Source: an uncultured archaeon
GTDB taxonomy: Archaea; Asgardarchaeota; Thorarchaeia; Thorarchaeales; Thorarchaeaceae
Assembly (NCBI GenBank): GCA_964610875.1
Contig: CAZSWP010000001.1
Span: 64,001 to 128,000 of the forward strand
Direction: 5' to 3'
DNA length: 64,000 nt
In this document: positions 59,966-64,000 of the stretch, one piece after another
How the letters are laid out: each line of letters opens with the position of its first letter
Numbering within the stretch: the stretch's first letter is position 1
Program-made: the position numbers and the translations under genes
Notes under the pieces: model-generated
Told to the model about the DNA's origin: nothing
Seen by the model: only the letters and a program-made list of their open reading frames with translations
Database searches by the model: none

Positions 59966-59980
59966 AAGGAAAAATGAAGG

Positions 59981-62900
59981 TCAGTTGGGGGACATACCGA
60001 CCTTTATTCTAAGATCATCTATCTCCCAATCTTTCACATAATCATGATCCTTCCATTTCACCCTTTCTTTCGGCCCTAGTAGTTTCATCTCTGTTGCTCG
60101 TGTTTCATTAGCTAGATAGTCTTCATACATTTCAGCTAACTCAAGTGATTCTTTATCTGAGAAGTGTACCACTAAAATCAAAGTCTGTTCGACACTAAGA
60201 TCAAGTTCTTTTCTCATGACCTGTATGCGTCTCGTCACATCCCTTACAAGTCCTTCCGCCTCAAGCTCTTTTGTTCTTGTAACATCTACGTAGACCTTAC
60301 CAATTCTACTCTCTGCTTGAGTGAGATGGTCTGGCATTGTCTCAATGAATTCCACATCACCTGGTTCGAGAGTGACAGTTTTCTTTCCTACTTTCAGTAT
60401 GGCCTTTCCTTTTTCTAATTCATCACGCAGTTTACCTGCATCAGCTTTTTCTAGAGCATCAACTAGTTGCTTCATTAGATCCTTATATTTTGGTCCAAGC
60501 GACTTGTAGTTAGGCTTGACTGAAAGCTCTGTATACCCGGCCAACACATCCGTGGTGTGAACTTCAAATTCCCTTGTGTTCAAATCCCCAAGGAGGAGGT
60601 CTTTCAGTCCTTCTGCTCTCTTTGCTACATCTTCTGAAGCTGCAACAAGTGTAACCTTTGCAACAGGGTGTCTTAGTTTGACTCCTTTCTTATTTCGAGC
60701 ATGACTTGATGCAGATCTCAATTCTTGTAGAACATCAAAGGCAGATTCTATCTCAGCATCGAGTAAGGTTTCATCAACTTCAGGCATATCCGTCATATTC
60801 AGAGATTCAGGTAGGTTTTTAGCAAAGCGATTGAGAAAGTTCTGATGGAGATATTCTCCTAGAAATGGTGTGAATATGTTGAGGCACCGAAGGAGAGTTT
60901 CCAATGCATAGTACATCACATCATATGCCATGACCTTCTTTGGATCCTCAGCTTCAAGCCAGACACGTTTTTTGACGAGAGGCAAGTAAATTCTACTCAG
61001 ATCCTCGGATATGAATTCTAATAGCACTCTACCTGCATGATGCCAGAGATATTTTTCCATGTGCTTATGAAACTCTGCAACAACACTTTGAACTCTCGAC
61101 AGAAGCCACTTGTCTTCAAGGTCTGAATTCTTTAATTGTTTCATCAATCTTTTCTGATCATATTGAAAATCATCGAGGTCCATGTATGTTTCAGCAAACA
61201 AAACCACATTCCACAAAACATCCAGTTTCTTACGTAACAATTCTATCTCTTTTGGACTGTAGTTCATACGTGTCCATGATGCCGTCTTTGTTAGCATGAA
61301 AAGCCTGAATGGGTCTGCTCCTGTACTCTCCAAAGCATCTTTTGTCCAGACTACATTACCCCTGGATTTACTCATTTTCCCTCCATCTTCATCAAGTACA
61401 TGTTCCTGACTCACACACGCTTTGAAAGCTACACTTCCATGTAGTACCACAGATGTGTAGAGTAAGCTATAGAACCATCCTCTTGATTGGTCTACAGCTT
61501 CCGTGATGAAGTCAAACGGGAATAACTTCTTGAATAGACTTTGGTCTTTCATGTAGCTGACACTCGCAGTATGAGCTAATCCCGAATCCAGCCAGCAGTC
61601 TGTAACAAATTCCTCTCGTGTCATTGGCTGTCCGCAATCCGGACATTTCAATACAACACGGTCGACCCATGGCCTGTGCATCTCAAAGTCGCTAGGGACC
61701 TTTTCTGCAAGTTCTTTGAGTTCTTTTCTAGAACCTACTACCACCTCTTTGTTACATGCACCACATACCCAAACAGGGAGTGGTGAACCCCATATTCTAG
61801 AACGTGATATGCACCAATCATCTGCATTAGCAACCCAATCTCCAAACCTGCCAGTTCCAGCCCAGTCTGGTGTCCAATCAACCATCTTATTCTGTTTTAC
61901 AAGCTTGTCCCTGATTCCTTCCATTTTCAGGAACCATTGTGTACTATCAGCTATATAGACGAGCGGTGAATCGCAACGCCAACAATGAGGATATTCATGA
62001 GATAGCGTTTCTTCATGAACCAGTAAGCCTTTCTCCTTCAACATTTTTTGGACTTCTGGATTCACATCAAATACATACTTACCTTGGAATATTGGCACTT
62101 CATCTGTGAATTTTCCAGTGGTTGTTACAGGACAAAATACAGGGACATCATACTCCTTACCGACATTGAAGTCATCTGGACCAAATCCAGGTGCAGTGTG
62201 AACAAGTCCTGTGCCATCCTCAATTGTGACATGCGTTCCTGTGACTACTGAGTGCAGGTATTTCTCTGAATGTTCTCTATGAAAGGGTACTTCATTTGTG
62301 AATGGATGCTCATATTTCCATCCCAACATCTTTTTTCCATTTAGAGTTTCAACTACTTCGTAGTCATCTACTCCTGCTTTCTCCATTACCGTGTCAACAA
62401 GATCTTTTACTATCCACCAATACTCATTTCCAACCTTTATCTTCTCATACTTGTACTTGGGATGAACTGATACTAGCTCGTTTGAAAGCAATGTGAATGG
62501 TGTGGTTGTCCATATGACTATGTATTCGTTTTCTTTGTTAACCAGTTTGAACTTTACATATATTGATGGATCCACTTTTGTCTGATAACCTTGCGAGACC
62601 TCGTGTCCAGAAAGGGCGGTATTACATCTGGGACATGTTGGATTCACTCGGTAACCTCTTCCTAGTAGTCCCTTCTTGCTTGCTTGTTTGAGGAAATACC
62701 AGACATGTTCTATATAATCATCACGACGTGTTTGATATGCTTGCGGATAGTCTAACCAGAGTCCCAATCTTATTGAGTCACTTACCCATCTATCAAGATA
62801 GAAGTCAACAAGCTCCTTACATTTTGCAACGAATGTTTCTAAGCCCATTGTTGCTTCGATATCTCCTTTCTCTGCAAGTCCCTCGTTTTTCTCCACTTCT

Positions 62901-63178
62901 AGTTCAACAGGGAGCCCTTGCATATCCCATCCGCCTCTTCTCCAGACATTATATCCCTTCATGGTCATGTACCGGAGTTGTGCATCTTTCATTGCCCGGC
63001 CTCTAGCATGTCCTACATGCATGAAACCGTTGGTGGTTGGTGGTCCTTCTAGGAAGTTCCATCGGGGTCCTGATTCTCTGAACTTTACCGTCTTTGTATA
63101 GATGGCAGTTTCCTCCCAAAATTGGAGGACGTCTTTCTCTAAAGATAATGGGTCATATCTTTTTGGTAGTGGACTCAT
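59981..63178 (-). CDS. ileS: Isoleucine--tRNA ligase (archaeal/eukaryotic type)
   Basis: EGPP...HVGH, WTTTP, GTGLVHTAPG, DWCISRSR, KMSKS. Confidence 0.96.
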   Translation of the reverse strand: MSPLPKRYDPLSLEKDVLQFWEETAIYTKTVKFRESGPRWNFLEGPPTTNGFMHVGHARGRAMKDAQLRYMTMKGYNVWRRGGWDMQGLPVELEVEKNEGLAEKGDIEATMGLETFVAKCKELVDFYLDRWVSDSIRLGLWLDYPQAYQTRRDDYIEHVWYFLKQASKKGLLGRGYRVNPTCPRCNTALSGHEVSQGYQTKVDPSIYVKFKLVNKENEYIVIWTTTPFTLLSNELVSVHPKYKYEKIKVGNEYWWIVKDLVDTVMEKAGVDDYEVVETLNGKKMLGWKYEHPFTNEVPFHREHSEKYLHSVVTGTHVTIEDGTGLVHTAPGFGPDDFNVGKEYDVPVFCPVTTTGKFTDEVPIFQGKYVFDVNPEVQKMLKEKGLLVHEETLSHEYPHCWRCDSPLVYIADSTQWFLKMEGIRDKLVKQNKMVDWTPDWAGTGRFGDWVANADDWCISRSRIWGSPLPVWVCGACNKEVVVGSRKELKELAEKVPSDFEMHRPWVDRVVLKCPDCGQPMTREEFVTDCWLDSGLAHTASVSYMKDQSLFKKLFPFDFITEAVDQSRGWFYSLLYTSVVLHGSVAFKACVSQEHVLDEDGGKMSKSRGNVVWTKDALESTGADPFRLFMLTKTASWTRMNYSPKEIELLRKKLDVLWNVVLFAETYMDLDDFQYDQKRLMKQLKNSDLEDKWLLSRVQSVVAEFHKHMEKYLWHHAGRVLLEFISEDLSRIYLPLVKKRVWLEAEDPKKVMAYDVMYYALETLLRCLNIFTPFLGEYLHQNFLNRFAKNLPESLNMTDMPEVDETLLDAEIESAFDVLQELRSASSHARNKKGVKLRHPVAKVTLVAASEDVAKRAEGLKDLLLGDLNTREFEVHTTDVLAGYTELSVKPNYKSLGPKYKDLMKQLVDALEKADAGKLRDELEKGKAILKVGKKTVTLEPGDVEFIETMPDHLTQAESRIGKVYVDVTRTKELEAEGLVRDVTRRIQVMRKELDLSVEQTLILVVHFSDKESLELAEMYEDYLANETRATEMKLLGPKERVKWKDHDYVKDWEIDDLRIKVGMSPN

Positions 63179-63471
63179 GATAGTCTCCTCTCTGAGGATG
63201 AGTGTTTTCTTGGCATGTTTAGCAGAAATAGCCTGCTTATCATAAAAGGCGAGAGCAAATTGGCATCACAATTTAATGATATGTCGTCGTTATTGAATAA
63301 TTTGACAATCCATCCTTATCTCACCTTATGGAATTACATTTGAGTCCCTAAAGACTCAGATAAAAACCTTGGGCTAACTACGCTTGACCAAGGACGTTCA
63401 ACCAACACTTAATTGGAAGTTCATGAAAAGTTCATTGATGATAAGAATCAGCAATTATTAAGGTGATTCAC

Positions 63472-64000
63472 ATGAGTACAATTGAAGACCGGTCTCTTGA
63501 CAAACTTGCAGATATGATCTACAACGTTCTATGGCAAGATCTTCTCGAAGTATGGCGAGTCATACGGAAAAAGATGGATGCTGAAGGTGTTGACTCAGTA
63601 AGAGCAGCTCTTAAGGGGGCACGAAAAAGATTCATGGACGGTCCCTTTGAGGATCATATTGAGGTCAGATGGGGAATGAATCTCTGTGTTCACTGCAATG
63701 ATGATAATATCGAAAAGAATGGCATTGCTTATTTACAACCATCTGGTGATGGACTGGAATTCAACCAGTGCTTGAATTGTAGAATCGGCATTCTTTATGA
63801 TCTTGTTACAGCAAAAGCCACAATGGATTCGTATAATATTGCACTTGGGAAACCAGGACAATTTGGTGATTATTCATTCTTTTGGAACGCAATTTTTCCT
63901 GAAGAGATGATACCGCTCGCACCAACATATGAAGTTATCAAATCCGGAGAATGGATCGGTACAATTTCCTTTGATGATGAACTCAATGTTCGTCATTTGC
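63472..64000 (+). CDS. Hypothetical protein with two CxxC motifs (3'-partial)
   Basis: ATG after AGGTGA; open to the window end; CVHC and CLNC. Confidence 0.65.
   Translation, partial: MSTIEDRSLDKLADMIYNVLWQDLLEVWRVIRKKMDAEGVDSVRAALKGARKRFMDGPFEDHIEVRWGMNLCVHCNDDNIEKNGIAYLQPSGDGLEFNQCLNCRIGILYDLVTAKATMDSYNIALGKPGQFGDYSFFWNAIFPEEMIPLAPTYEVIKSGEWIGTISFDDELNVRHL

Noticed and set aside
63180-63300. T-box-like leader upstream of ileS
   Set aside because: Only a weak AGCAG/CTGCT hairpin; no UGGNACC T-box motif
1-64000. CRISPR array, rRNA, integrase or provirus
   Set aside because: No regularly spaced repeats, rRNA-like segments, or integrase/capsid motifs seen; the tRNA 3' end is followed by a methyltransferase gene, not an integrated element

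Overview
Gene-dense archaeal chromosomal segment, roughly 40% GC by eye. It is most likely from an Asgard archaeon (Thorarchaeota-like). This is an inference from the many eukaryotic-signature-type genes (four small GTPases, roadblock, longin/uDENN-like, V4R/Bet3-fold, PCI-like and TPR proteins), rps26e, class I LysRS, a short XPF, a divergent EF-2 lacking the HRG motif, and a UGA-containing SelD with a eukaryote-like SECIS. Housekeeping content: lysS, ileS, cca, trmY, rtcB, ino1, an archaeal CoA cluster (coaBC, PoK, PPS, panE), two LolD/FtsX-type ABC systems, an ECF/DUF4430 uptake locus and an intron-containing tRNA-Gln(CUG). Features the ORF track misses: (1) a ~390-nt densely base-paired, apparently pseudoknotted non-coding segment (32929-33320) between an NPRL2/uDENN-like gene and a longin-Arf-like GTPase gene; (2) the selenocysteine N-terminus of SelD and a SECIS whose AUGA core overlaps the SelD stop codon; (3) a structured leader upstream of the divergent EF-2; (4) a probable AUU start for the Rab-like GTPase. 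A duplicated roadblock-wHTH/V4R two-gene cassette (1348-6284) is a candidate uncharacterised signalling or tethering module. A small AT-rich island with an IS5-like remnant lies at about 29.6-31.4 kb. All product calls come from motif recognition by eye; no database searches or folding computations were run.
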